From: an uncultured Trueperaceae bacterium
Lineage (GTDB): Bacteria; Deinococcota; Deinococci; Deinococcales; Trueperaceae
Reading direction: 5' to 3'
Length of the DNA stretch: 64,000 nt
Assembly (NCBI GenBank): GCA_963732665.1
Contig: CAVTAE010000014.1
Span: 1,227,544-1,291,543, forward strand
The translations under genes and the position numbers were made by a program. Positions 39,499 through 49,528 of this stretch are shown here, piece by piece. Every line of letters begins with the position of its first letter. The first letter of the stretch is position 1. The notes below the pieces were generated by a model that saw only the letters and a program-made list of their open reading frames with translations, was not told where the DNA came from and searched no databases.

Positions 39499-40665
39499 CT
39501 AACCCTGGCTTTCATAAGGCCTTAAAAGTGAACGTGAAATAATATGTCGTTGAATTTCACTGGTCCCGTCCCAAATGCGCTCAACTCTTGCGTCACGCCA
39601 GAGCCGCGCTAAAGGATTTTCTTCAGCCAGACCCATTCCGCCAAAAATCTGAATAGCTTCATCGGTGACAAAAGCCAGCATTTCTGAAGCGTAGAGCTTG
39701 GCTACAGCATAATCCTGATCTTTGGCGATACCTTGGTCATGTTTCCAGGCTGCTTGCAAGGTAAGAAGCTCTGCTGCTTGAAGCTGCATGTACATATCTG
39801 CAAGCTTAAATGATACACCCTGAAACTTTCCGATAGCTTGCCCAAACTGTTCACGGGTTGCCGCCCACTGGGTAGAAAGCTCGAGAGCCCTGTATGCTCT
39901 GCCCAAGCAGGTTGCTGCCACCTGCAAGCGCGTAGAGGCTAGCCAATCATTGGCAGCGTCAAAGCCTTTATGTTCTTCACCTAAGATATTTTTTGCAGGC
40001 ACACGGCAATGATCAAACTCGAGGATTGAATTATGATAACCACGATGCGAAACCATCTCATAGCCTTTTTTAACTTCAAAACCTGGAGTGCCTTTATCTA
40101 CTAGAAAGGCGGTGATTTTCTTTTTAAGACCTCTAGAAGTTTGCTCTTCACCTGTTGCTGCAAAAAGAATCACAAAATCTGCTACATCGGCATGGCTAAT
40201 AAAATGTTTTACCCCGTTGATAATATAATCATCACCTTCATGCACAGCTTTACATTGCATTCCGCGCAAGTCTGACCCAGCATTGGGTTCTGACATGGCA
40301 ATGCAATCAATGCGTTCCCCCCGAATAGTCGGCAGCAGGTATTTTTCAATCTGTTCACCCTGGCAAGCTTGCAAGATGTTGCTGGGGTGGGCCACATAAG
40401 ACAAAAGCCCATAATTGGCTCTGCCTAGCTCTCGGTCAAAATAGACCATGCTGACGGCATCTAAACCACCTCCACCAAATTTTTCTGGCATATTGGCAGC
40501 ATAGAGCCCCATCTCTTTGGCTCTAGTCATGATTTGTTTGGCTAGTTCTGGACGTACCTGATTGCTGCGCTCCACTTCGTCTTCATAGGGGTAAAGTTCT
40601 TTTTCTACAAAGGTGTGGACGGTTTTGATGATGAGGTCTTGTTCGCTGGTGGGGAAAAAATTCAT
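39499..40665 (-). CDS. acyl-CoA dehydrogenase
   Basis: ACAD N/M/C domains (..CIAMSEPNAGSDL.., C-terminal EIQIFGGMGLAEENPLARLWRDARV); ATG 40665 with AAGGAA RBS. Confidence 0.85.
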   Translation of the reverse strand: MNFFPTSEQDLIIKTVHTFVEKELYPYEDEVERSNQVRPELAKQIMTRAKEMGLYAANMPEKFGGGGLDAVSMVYFDRELGRANYGLLSYVAHPSNILQACQGEQIEKYLLPTIRGERIDCIAMSEPNAGSDLRGMQCKAVHEGDDYIINGVKHFISHADVADFVILFAATGEEQTSRGLKKKITAFLVDKGTPGFEVKKGYEMVSHRGYHNSILEFDHCRVPAKNILGEEHKGFDAANDWLASTRLQVAATCLGRAYRALELSTQWAATREQFGQAIGKFQGVSFKLADMYMQLQAAELLTLQAAWKHDQGIAKDQDYAVAKLYASEMLAFVTDEAIQIFGGMGLAEENPLARLWRDARVERIWDGTSEIQRHIISRSLLRPYESQG

Positions 40666-40927
40666 GACACAGTTCCTTTGCATATAAATGCCTTGAGAGT
40701 AAAATAATGTCTAGATGTTAAAGGTAATTGGAAGATAAAGCTCGAGGATTAGTCAGTAGAACATCGCTCATACGGACTTGGGATAAACAAAAATCTCCGG
40801 CGAATATAGAGATAATCGCAAGTAAGGTTAAAGGCTGACATAAAATAACCCAGAATTGCTGACCTAACTTGCATAGTCTATTCTAACACCCAAGGGAGTA
40901 AAAAATACAGTTTTTCTCCTAATTTTC

Positions 40928-42198
40928 CCAGAATCAGTGAATCACAGAAAGTAGACAACGAGTAAGAGAAAGGGGAAAGTAGAGATATGAGCCAACTACC
41001 TTCCCCCAGTAAAAATAACAAAGAACTGAGCAACGAAGCGACCCGTCAAGCGACAATCGAGCATCTGAGAGCGCATTTACCTATCGAGGTGGATGGGACG
41101 AAAGCGAGTACGGAGATGGTGCTAGATGTGCTGGTACATGCTGCGGTGAATGGACAGAGCATCGAGGCAAGTTGTGCCGCATTAGCTGGGAGTGCGGACA
41201 GTAATACATTGCGGGGATATGTGAACGAAGCGTTTTGTGAGGGATTGCTTGCTGAGGTGGAAGAGCGAGTGAATCAAGCGTTAGTGAGCGAGTTACCTAA
41301 GAAGGCGAAGCGAAAGCCACAAGAGGTAGTGATAGACCTCCACGACCAGGCATTTTACGGCAAAGCTGAAGGGTTACTAAAGTATGCCAGTCGCGGGCAA
41401 GCCAAAGCGGGTACAACCTACTTTTATCGCATTGCTAGTGCCTATCTTATTCATCAGGGGCTGCGTGTCACTTTAGGGGTTGTATTTGTTCATAGCGGCA
41501 TGAGTTTCGCTCAGTGTATTATGCGTCTTCTCAACCGCCTCAAGCTCCAAAAACTCAAGGTAGGCTATCTTTTTCTAGATCGAGGCTTTGCTGGTATTGA
41601 AGTCTACCGATGCTTACAGCGCAGGCGCATTCCCGCTATCATTGCTTGTCCGATTCGGGGTAAACACAAGGGAACAAGAGCCTTATGTAAGGGTCGTCAG
41701 AGTTACACCTCACGACACACCTTTTATTCGCAAACGCAGGGTAACTGTACCACCACTGTTGTCGTTGTTAGAACCTATACCCAGACAGGCAAACGTGGTC
41801 ACCGCAAACAGCGCAAAGCTGCCTGGTTCCTCTATGTTCTTATCGCTTTGCAGCTTTCCCCTCAAGCTGTCCATGCCCGCTATCGCTATCGTTTTGGTAT
41901 CGAAGCTAGCTACCGCCAAATGCGTCAGCTTAGAGCCAGAACTAACTCCCGTAATCCCGTCCTACGTTTCCTCTTCATGGCTCTCGCTTTCATCCTTTTG
42001 AACCTCTGGTTACTTCTTCGCTTTCGTTTCTGTCAATGTCCTGCTCGCGGTAGAGCAAGGCGTTCTCTTCATGAAACGCTTTTTCGTCTCACTCGTTTCG
42101 CTGCCTTTTTATCTCATGCTATTGGAAAAATTTATGACCCCGTTTTATCTATCTCTGCTCCCGTTTTACCCTTGGGTGTCTGATTCTGTGATTCACTG
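40928..42198 (+). mobile_element. insertion sequence, IS4-superfamily (one transposase gene), imperfect terminal inverted repeats
   Basis: cagaatcagtgaatcacagaa (40928-40949) vs rc of tctgattctgtgattcactg (42179-42198); contains no CTCGAG although the flanking genome has about 1 per 600 bp. Confidence 0.65.
40987..42183 (+). CDS. DDE transposase, IS4/ISH3-like (Y-x2-R-x3-E-x6-K/R signature YRYRFGIEASYRQMR)
   Basis: 398-aa ORF with DDE-transposase features (..FLDRGFAG..) and basic C-terminus. Confidence 0.75.
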   Translation: MSQLPSPSKNNKELSNEATRQATIEHLRAHLPIEVDGTKASTEMVLDVLVHAAVNGQSIEASCAALAGSADSNTLRGYVNEAFCEGLLAEVEERVNQALVSELPKKAKRKPQEVVIDLHDQAFYGKAEGLLKYASRGQAKAGTTYFYRIASAYLIHQGLRVTLGVVFVHSGMSFAQCIMRLLNRLKLQKLKVGYLFLDRGFAGIEVYRCLQRRRIPAIIACPIRGKHKGTRALCKGRQSYTSRHTFYSQTQGNCTTTVVVVRTYTQTGKRGHRKQRKAAWFLYVLIALQLSPQAVHARYRYRFGIEASYRQMRQLRARTNSRNPVLRFLFMALAFILLNLWLLLRFRFCQCPARGRARRSLHETLFRLTRFAAFLSHAIGKIYDPVLSISAPVLPLGV

Positions 42199-42828
42199 AG
42201 AATATTGAGCCAAGCAGGAAAAATGCCTCGAGTTTGGGTGTTTTTGTTTCCTGTAAATCTTTATAAGAGGGTTGAAGCTCGAGCGGTATATTTATGCTTT
42301 AGGTGGTGAACTCGAGGTTAGAGCGAAGTTTCCTGATAGGGTTGTTACGCTAAAGCAGTTTACGCATGATACTGAGATTCAAACCCAATAACTATTTCGC
42401 CTTCTAAAGTGACTTCACTATTCTAGTGAGCGTTTTGGAAGTCATCTATGTACACTACCTAGGGATTAGAAAAGACAAGGTAGAAAAACACAATCAAAGC
42501 TAATTGAAACAGTGAAGTAATTAAACCACTAAGAAGCCCTAAAGAAAACCGAGAACGCCTTCCCAGAATAATTCCCAGAACAATACCTGTAATAAGAGGA
42601 ATGAAAAGGTAAATAAAATAGGCTAAAACTTTTTTAGCTCTATAGCTGTTGCTTATATAATAAAGATGCTCTATAGCAAGAAAATTTCTATTAACCCAAT
42701 AGCTAATAAATAGAGAAGTAATACAACTTAGAAAAACCGTGAAGTTTATATGCCACCATTCTAATCTTTTATGTGATTTTTACTCGGCTTCAGAATTTGT
42801 TTTCAAATGACTCAACTCCAAAAGTGTG

Positions 42829-43152
42829 CTACTGCCAAACTACTGCAACAAATAAATCAATAAAAAGAATCCAGCTAAGTTGGATTAGGGTTGTAAATAA
42901 GGCAGTGAAAATTGTGGGTAGACTTTTCTTTTCTGAACTACTTAATCTTGCACCCAGAAACCATCCCGTAACCAAGGGTATTGCTAGAAAAATAATGTGA
43001 GCGAACAAACGCCATAGAAATTCATTTTCTCCTTCTTGTATTAGTGTAAATACTGGAACGAACAAGAAGTGGGCAAAAATACTAATACCGAAAGAAACGG
43101 CAATAGCTAACAATGTTGTTGCTAATACTTCTGACCAGAAAATCTCTTTCAT
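42829..43152 (-). CDS. small hypothetical membrane protein (3 TM); a further start-less TM-rich reading frame follows at ~42470-42760
   Basis: Hydrophobic 107-aa ORF; possibly a remnant of a larger transporter gene next to the IS. Confidence 0.3.
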   Translation of the reverse strand: MKEIFWSEVLATTLLAIAVSFGISIFAHFLFVPVFTLIQEGENEFLWRLFAHIIFLAIPLVTGWFLGARLSSSEKKSLPTIFTALFTTLIQLSWILFIDLFVAVVWQ

Positions 43153-43296
43153 ACAACCTCAGCATAACTTAATTGATGCCAAGAAGGTTATAAAAAATGA
43201 AAGCCAGCAATCGCATTAGCGTGTATTGGGCGGCAACCGTCAACACACCTAAAGCAAGAGACTTCAGCCAGTTTTTGAAACCAAACACTACCTCAA

Positions 43297-44781
43297 CTAA
43301 CTACCCTTCTTCACCCTCATCTGCCTCCCCGCCTGCTCCGGCACACCCAAATCTTTATGCACCTCCATAACCGCACTCAAAGCCTCAAAAACATCCGCCC
43401 TAATTACTGAGACTTTACTTGCTTTGGTGTCAACATGCAAAAGCATTTGCTCAGTAGTCGCCAGCAAATCCCCTGTATTCCTGTGGTGCATACTATGAAA
43501 GATGTGCATTCGTTTTTCATCTAAACCTAAAAGCTGTGTCTTAAACACAAGAGGCTCACCGCTTTTGACTTCCTTGTAGTAGTTGATATGGCTTTCTACA
43601 GTGTAAAAAGAATTTCCAGAATTGCGGTAGCTTTCATCAATTCCGGTATACCTAAAGAGTGCGTCAGTAGCATCTCCAAAGGCAGTTAAATAACTAGCAT
43701 CAGTCATGTGGTGGTTGTAATCAATCCAGCCAGCCTCAACGTTGCAGTGATAAAGCTCGAGCGGTTTCCCAATCTCTGCGTCTTTTGTCCAGCGTGTATG
43801 TTTAAGGCTTGTATAGCGTTTTGCCTCGAGTTCATTCATCACTCTGCCAGAGGCGTAGTTGTATTGCTTGAGTGCATTCATAATGGCCATCAAACAGTTA
43901 TCCCGTAAACGCTCGAGTTCTTGAATACTTCTGCCATTAGCTTGTGCCTGTGTGCCTTCAACCATGCGGTCTATTAGTTCATCGCTTAGTTCGGGAGCGA
44001 CCAGTTTTGTCCACGGAAGTTTAAGTGCCGGACCAAACTGGGCCAGCATATGGCGCATTCCCATTTCACCACCAGCTAGATGATAAGTCAGATTGGTTCC
44101 TATAAAAGCCCAGCGCAAACCAGCACCGTAAATAATGGCATCATCCAGTTCGCCAGTGGTGGCAATGCCGTCATTGACCAGGTGCAGAATTTCTCGCCAC
44201 AAGGCTTCCAAAAGTCTATCAGCCAAATAACCTTCAATTTCTTTGCGGACTCTAAGCGGGTGCATTCCAGCCCATTTGTAAAAGGTCATGGCTTGTTCGA
44301 TAGAGTCATTGGCGGTTTTTTCTCCGCCTACAACTTCAACCAGTGGCAATAAATAAACCGGATTAAAAGGATGCCCAATCACGATGCGCTCAGGGTGTTT
44401 GCATTGCGATTGAATGTTGGTGGGTAAAAGCCCAGAAGAACTCGAGGCGATAATCACATTCGGTTTAGCAGCAGCGTCCATTTGAGTGTGCAGTTTTATT
44501 TTTAAGTCTTCGCGCTCGGGTGCGCTTTCCTGAATAAAATCAGCTTGGCTGCAAACTTCTTCTATACTATTGGTAAAACGCAAATTATCTTTGCTGGCTC
44601 CGGGCATTAAGCCCTGTTTTTCCAAAGCTATCCAAGCGTTATCAATTTTTGCTCTTAATAAGGCTTCAGCATTAGGGCCGGGGTCAGTGGCAATTACTTT
44701 AAGACCGTGTGCTAAAAAACGTGCTGCCCAGCCTGCGCCAATTACACCAGTCCCTACAATCCCTACAGTCTTTATATTCAT
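43297..44781 (-). CDS. L-carnitine dehydrogenase-like fusion: 3-hydroxyacyl-CoA dehydrogenase NAD-binding + C-terminal domains + hotdog thioesterase
   Basis: [29 protein letters not shown] Rossmann motif; C-terminal 4HBT-like region; 494 aa as in long-form carnitine dehydrogenases. Confidence 0.75.
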   Translation of the reverse strand: MNIKTVGIVGTGVIGAGWAARFLAHGLKVIATDPGPNAEALLRAKIDNAWIALEKQGLMPGASKDNLRFTNSIEEVCSQADFIQESAPEREDLKIKLHTQMDAAAKPNVIIASSSSGLLPTNIQSQCKHPERIVIGHPFNPVYLLPLVEVVGGEKTANDSIEQAMTFYKWAGMHPLRVRKEIEGYLADRLLEALWREILHLVNDGIATTGELDDAIIYGAGLRWAFIGTNLTYHLAGGEMGMRHMLAQFGPALKLPWTKLVAPELSDELIDRMVEGTQAQANGRSIQELERLRDNCLMAIMNALKQYNYASGRVMNELEAKRYTSLKHTRWTKDAEIGKPLELYHCNVEAGWIDYNHHMTDASYLTAFGDATDALFRYTGIDESYRNSGNSFYTVESHINYYKEVKSGEPLVFKTQLLGLDEKRMHIFHSMHHRNTGDLLATTEQMLLHVDTKASKVSVIRADVFEALSAVMEVHKDLGVPEQAGRQMRVKKGS

Positions 44782-44794
44782 AGATTATTTTTAC

Positions 44795-44875
44795 CATTTT
44801 CAAGGGGTTAGGGTTCAGGGGTTAGGGGTTAGAGAAAAGCAAACATCTAATCCCTAATCTCCAGTCCCTAGCCCT
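44795..44875. repeat. G-rich heptamer repeats (GGGGTTA/GGGTTCA x4) followed by their C-rich inverse (TAATCCC..), forming a long imperfect hairpin
   Basis: ggggttagggttcaggggttaggggttag....ctaatccctaatctccagtccctagcccta, in the divergent promoter region. Confidence 0.7.
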
Positions 44876-44893
44876 ATGGTAATGTTGATTACT

Positions 44894-46011
44894 ATGACTC
44901 AAGATGTTCTCAGCCTTACGCAGGCTCTTATTGCTATTCCTTCGGTCAGTCGAGATGGCAATGAAGTGATTACACAGTTCCTTTCGACATGGCTCGAGCA
45001 GCAGGGGTTTGAGGTTGAAACCTTGGTCTATCAAGATGCCAACGGCATATCCAAATACAGTCTGGTGGCCAAACTTGGCCAGGACAGGGTGGCTTGGGCT
45101 TTTTCTCGCACAGTGATACCGTGCCAGCAGCCGAACAGGAATGGCCCGCCTTTGCAGCAAATATCAAAGAGGGCAAACTTTATGGCCGGGGTAGCTGTGA
45201 TATGAAAGGCCCTATCGCCGCCACTATGATTGCGGCTGCAAGTATAGATAAAGCAAGACTAAAAAAGCCAGTCTATATTGTGATTGCCGCCGATGAAGAA
45301 ACAGGCTTTGGCGGGGCGATGCAAATTGTGGCTGAATCAAAGTATTTTGCCAACTCTGGTTTTCCTGAAATGGGTGTCATTGCCGAACCCAGTGAACTCA
45401 AACCTATCTATGCCCATAAAGGCGGCTACTGGATGGTGGTCACTGCCAAAGGTCAGGCTGCTCATACCAGCATCGATATAGGACGAAGCTCTAATTTTAT
45501 GATTGCCCCCTTTTTGGCTGAGATGGCCTTACTCAAGCAACGCTTTATGACCGAAGCCCAATTTATGGATGTTGATTTTGAACCACCCACCAATGGGTTT
45601 AACATGACCCTGAATGATGATGACTGCGCTGGCAATGTAACGGCGGCTAAAACGGTGTGTACCTTAAATTTCAGAACTATGCCCGCCGTTGATAATCGGG
45701 CTGTAGTAGAACTCGTGCAAGAACGGGCTTTACACTACGGGTTTGAATTTGAATTTCAGGGATATGAAGCCTTTTATTCTCCTAAAGATGCCCAAGTTAT
45801 TAAACTTAGCCTCGAGGTTACGGGCCAACCCCAAGCCATTAGCGTCCCTTACGGAACCGAAGCCCTGATTTATCAACCGCATGTACCACTGGTGATTCTG
45901 GGGCCAGGGAGCATTGCACAGGCTCATACAGTGGGGGAATGGATTGAAGTGCGTCAGTTGGAACAAGCTGTAGAGATTTATCGCCAGATGATTACTCGAG
46001 TTTGCTACTAA
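44894..46011 (+). pseudogene. M20-family metallopeptidase (ArgE/DapE-like) interrupted by a frameshift near 45083
   Basis: N-terminal ORF (44876..45205) ends ..LVAKLGQDRVAWAF. The second ORF (45094..46011), in another frame, starts at the conserved GLGFFSHSDTVP motif. The junction gives AKLGQ | GQGGLGFFSHSDTV. Confidence 0.6.
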
Positions 46012-46219
46012 ATGTCCATGAAATGCTCACAAGATCATCAGGGTTTCCGTTAATTGTTTTGGGCCTAAAGAGAAGGTTTTGGAGTTTGCCCTTGGAAACC
46101 GCAATGATTTTAAGGCGTTTTTCATGATGAAGCACCTCTATGGGTTGACCTGTCTCGAGAACCTCATCTAAAAGCTGAGATAAATTTCTTTCCAATTGCT
46201 TGGAAGTTACTGTCTTCAT
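45992..46219 (-). CDS. Phd/YefM-family antitoxin, no cognate toxin gene adjacent (orphan)
   Basis: MKTVTSKQLERNLSQLLDEVLETGQPIEVLHHEKRLKIIAV matches the Phd/YefM N-terminal fold; downstream minus-strand ORF overlaps the peptidase gene and looks spurious. Confidence 0.6.
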   Translation of the reverse strand: MKTVTSKQLERNLSQLLDEVLETGQPIEVLHHEKRLKIIAVSKGKLQNLLFRPKTINGNPDDLVSISWTFSSKLE

Positions 46220-46249
46220 AGATCTCCTAGATAAAAACCAAGGAACAAC

Positions 46250-47182
46250 TTAATAAGCCACTTGATTTATCCCTTTCAAATCCAGCATTGCCCTAGCTTC
46301 ATCTGATGATGCGATTTCAATAGATAAATCTTCCATGATTCTTTTAATTTTACTTACTTGCTGGGCACTGTTTTCTGCCATCTTGCCTTTACCCAGATAC
46401 AGGCTATCCTCGAGTCCAACGCGCACATGGCTGCCCATTAAGGCTCCAGTAGTGACGGTATTCATTTGATAACGTCCACTACCCAAAACTGACCACTGCA
46501 CACTGTTTCCTAAAAGCCTATCTACGGTGCGTTTCATAAAGACTACGTTGTCCACAACTTCTGCCCCAATTCCGCCCATCGTGCCCATTACAAATTGCAA
46601 GAAAATTGGTGGCTTAATATAGCCCATCTCGAGGTAGTGGGAGAGCGTATAAATATGCCCAATATCATAAGCTTCAAATTCAAAACGAGTTCCAGTTTCT
46701 TGGTGCATGACTGTAAGCATGTATTCAATATCGGCGAAGTTACTGGTAAAAGGTTCACGGCGAGTCATTTCTAGAAAAGGTTCTTCCCAGTCAAACTGCC
46801 ATTTGCCTTTGAATTTATCAATCATTGGGAAGCCACCGTAATTGATAGTTCCCATGTTGCAGGTGCATAATTCGGGTTGCAAGGTTTTAATAACATTAAG
46901 TCGTTGATCAATACTTTGCCCAGTTGCACCACCCGAAGTTAAGCTAACCACAGCATTGGTTTGCTTTTTTATTTCAACTAGGTATTCTCTAAAAAGCTCA
47001 GGGTCAGCACTGGGCTCACCTGTTTTAGGGTCTCGAGCGTGTAAGTGCAAAATAGCAGCCCCAGCTTTATGGGCATCAATGGCTTGAGAAATAATATCTT
47101 CTGGCTTATAGGGCAAATAGGGAGACATGGTGGGGGTAAAAGATGCGCCAGTGATGGCACAGGTGATGATACGTTTAGTCAT
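46250..47182 (-). CDS. beta-keto acid cleavage enzyme (BKACE/DUF849, 3-keto-5-aminohexanoate cleavage enzyme family)
   Basis: MTKRIITCAITGA..ILHLHARDPKTGEP motifs; ATG 47182 with GAGGT RBS. Confidence 0.8.
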   Translation of the reverse strand: MTKRIITCAITGASFTPTMSPYLPYKPEDIISQAIDAHKAGAAILHLHARDPKTGEPSADPELFREYLVEIKKQTNAVVSLTSGGATGQSIDQRLNVIKTLQPELCTCNMGTINYGGFPMIDKFKGKWQFDWEEPFLEMTRREPFTSNFADIEYMLTVMHQETGTRFEFEAYDIGHIYTLSHYLEMGYIKPPIFLQFVMGTMGGIGAEVVDNVVFMKRTVDRLLGNSVQWSVLGSGRYQMNTVTTGALMGSHVRVGLEDSLYLGKGKMAENSAQQVSKIKRIMEDLSIEIASSDEARAMLDLKGINQVAY

Positions 47183-47383
47183 AATGACCTCAACTTTCAA
47201 TTAAGGGATATTCTAACGGGTCTTGGATATTCAGGGTGAAGAGTGGGTTGTAGGGTGCAAGCAAATAACTTTAAGCACTGATTTTTATCCAGATCATGTT
47301 AAACTTAAATTCAGTATAAACTAAAACCTCACCCATTTCGAGAAAGGCTCGGTTAAGACGACCTTATCTAAAAAGGAGTATAT

Positions 47384-49231
47384 ATGCAAGTGACCGCAGA
47401 AAAACCTAGATCCAATTCTGTATCGGGAGAACTGGTTTTGGGTCGCAGTTTGGTATCCCTTTTAGATGAAGCCTGTGAGAAGAACCCAAATCCTACAGCT
47501 TTCAATGACCACAGCCAGCAGGGTTGGGTGGCTTTATCTAATACAGCCTTTCGCCAGAGTGCTGAAAACCTGGCTTTGGGGCTTCTAGACTTGGGTTTGC
47601 AGCGTGGTGACAAAGTTGGATTACTGATGAACAGTGATACCCAGTTTTGTCTGGCCGATATGGCTTGCCTGATTGCTGGGTTGGTTGATGTGCCTATTTA
47701 CTTAACACATAGTGCTGAAGCCATGAAATTTATCTTAAATCAGAGTGAAAGCAAGGCCTTAATTGTTTCAGATGAATCTTTGGCCAAGCAAGTGCAAAGT
47801 ATCATTCCTGAAACTTCTGTAAAACATGTAGTTTTAGCCAAAGGTCAGGGCTTGACGTTTGCAGACCTCGAGAAACATGGTGAGCGCATTAGTAGCAAAA
47901 AACCTGATTTACTCAAGCAGCTTAAAAGCCAAATCAATGCTCAGGATTTAGTCACTATTATTTACACCTCAGGTACTACTGGAATGCCCAAAGGGGTCAT
48001 GTTGACCCACGAAAATATCTCTTCAAATGCCATCGCGGCTTTTACAGGTTTGACCGATCTCGAGCGGGGTAAAGAAGTAGCGGTATCTTTCTTGCCCTTG
48101 AGTCATATTTTTGCTCGCACGCTTAGCTATTGTCTTATCTGGTACGGAGCCAGCACTTACTTTAGTCATCCAGATTTGGTGCGGGACCATTTCAAAGAAA
48201 TCCACCCCACCTTTTTCGTGACGGTTCCAAGAGTGATGGAAAAAGCCTATGACCGTATTTTGGCTACGGGTGCAGCTTTGCATGGGGTTAAGAAAAAACT
48301 TTTTGATTGGTCTATTGGTTTGGCTCAACGTTATGAAGTAGGGCAAGAACCTTCAGGGCTTTATGCTATGCAACTTGCTCTGGCGAATAAGGTGGTATTT
48401 TCCAAATGGCGCGAAGCCTTTGGTGGAAATGTGAAATGCATCTGTAGCGGTGGCGCGGCTATGCGCGGTGACCTTATCAACTCTTTTGCAGCCGCTGGAC
48501 TTCCTATTTTGCAAGGCTATGGTCTTACTGAATCCAGTCCAGTGATTACCTTTAACCGCCCGGGTAGCAATAAAGCTGGCTCGGTGGGGCCAGTCTTGCA
48601 GGGTGTAGAAATAAAACTGACTGAGCAAGGTGAAATTTTGAGCCGTGGCCCACATATTATGAAGGGGTATTACAAAAACCCTGAAGCTACGGCAGAAACC
48701 ATTGACAGTGAAGGCTGGTTGCACACTGGTGATTTGGGTGCAATAGATGCCAAGGGTTATTTGAGAATCACTGGGCGTATCAAGAATTTATTTAAGCTAT
48801 CAACCGGTAAATATGTGATGCCCCAACCTCTAGAAGAACGCCTCGAGGCTTCACCTCTTATTGACGCTTCGCAGATTGTAGGCGATAACGAAAAATACTG
48901 TGCAGCATTACTTTTTATTAACGCAACCACCGTACAAACTCTTAGCTCTGCACAAGGTCTCGAGGCTCTTAAAAACTCAGAAGTGCAGCAGCACATTAAA
49001 TCTTTAGTGCAAGCTGCCAATGCAGGCTTATCGCCTTGGGAAACCATTAAAAAAGTAACCCTTAGCTTAGATGAATTGACCGTTCAAAATGGAATGCTTA
49101 CTCCCAAGATGAGTGTCAAGCGGCATGAAGTGATGAAGAAATATAAAGATGCTGTAGATGAATTCTATCGCCCAAGTGGTCGCAAGCTCAAGAATGCAGT
49201 TATGCTCGATATTGAAAAAGTAGAGAGTTAA
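47384..49231 (+). CDS. long-chain fatty acid--CoA ligase (AMP-binding family)
   Basis: AMP-binding signature IIYTSGTTGMPKGVMLTHENI; AAGGAG RBS. Confidence 0.85.
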   Translation: MQVTAEKPRSNSVSGELVLGRSLVSLLDEACEKNPNPTAFNDHSQQGWVALSNTAFRQSAENLALGLLDLGLQRGDKVGLLMNSDTQFCLADMACLIAGLVDVPIYLTHSAEAMKFILNQSESKALIVSDESLAKQVQSIIPETSVKHVVLAKGQGLTFADLEKHGERISSKKPDLLKQLKSQINAQDLVTIIYTSGTTGMPKGVMLTHENISSNAIAAFTGLTDLERGKEVAVSFLPLSHIFARTLSYCLIWYGASTYFSHPDLVRDHFKEIHPTFFVTVPRVMEKAYDRILATGAALHGVKKKLFDWSIGLAQRYEVGQEPSGLYAMQLALANKVVFSKWREAFGGNVKCICSGGAAMRGDLINSFAAAGLPILQGYGLTESSPVITFNRPGSNKAGSVGPVLQGVEIKLTEQGEILSRGPHIMKGYYKNPEATAETIDSEGWLHTGDLGAIDAKGYLRITGRIKNLFKLSTGKYVMPQPLEERLEASPLIDASQIVGDNEKYCAALLFINATTVQTLSSAQGLEALKNSEVQQHIKSLVQAANAGLSPWETIKKVTLSLDELTVQNGMLTPKMSVKRHEVMKKYKDAVDEFYRPSGRKLKNAVMLDIEKVES

Positions 49232-49528
49232 TATAATTAAAGATCGAAGGTTGAAGATTGAAGGTTAAAGGCTTGTCCTGAGACTTCGGCGTGAGCTCAG
49301 TTTAACGCTTGTCGAATGGATTAAAGATTCAATCCTATGTTTTTGTAAGGTGTGCTTTACGCACCTGAACAGTGTGAGTTGTACACAACGTTGTTTTCAG
49401 TAGCTCAAAGCCTTTGGTGCGCAGAGTTTATCCTGACGAATAGAAGGGCTCAAACTTCGTATTGCGTGGTGCGTACCCTACGTGTTTACTTTGATTTCTG
49501 ACTTTTCAGATGCTCTCTAAATCTTTTG

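Noticed and set aside
41588-42001. 137-aa alternative-frame ORF inside the IS4 transposase gene
   Set aside because: Nested in the transposase CDS without its own signals.
44795-44875. Telomere-like (TTAGGG-type) repeats
   Set aside because: Short, internal, immediately followed by their complement to form a hairpin, and in a bacterial gene context. This is not a telomere; it is more likely an STRR-like heptamer repeat.
45730-45966. 78-aa minus-strand ORF as toxin partner of the orphan Phd antitoxin
   Set aside because: Lies antisense within the M20 peptidase gene and has no toxin-like motifs.
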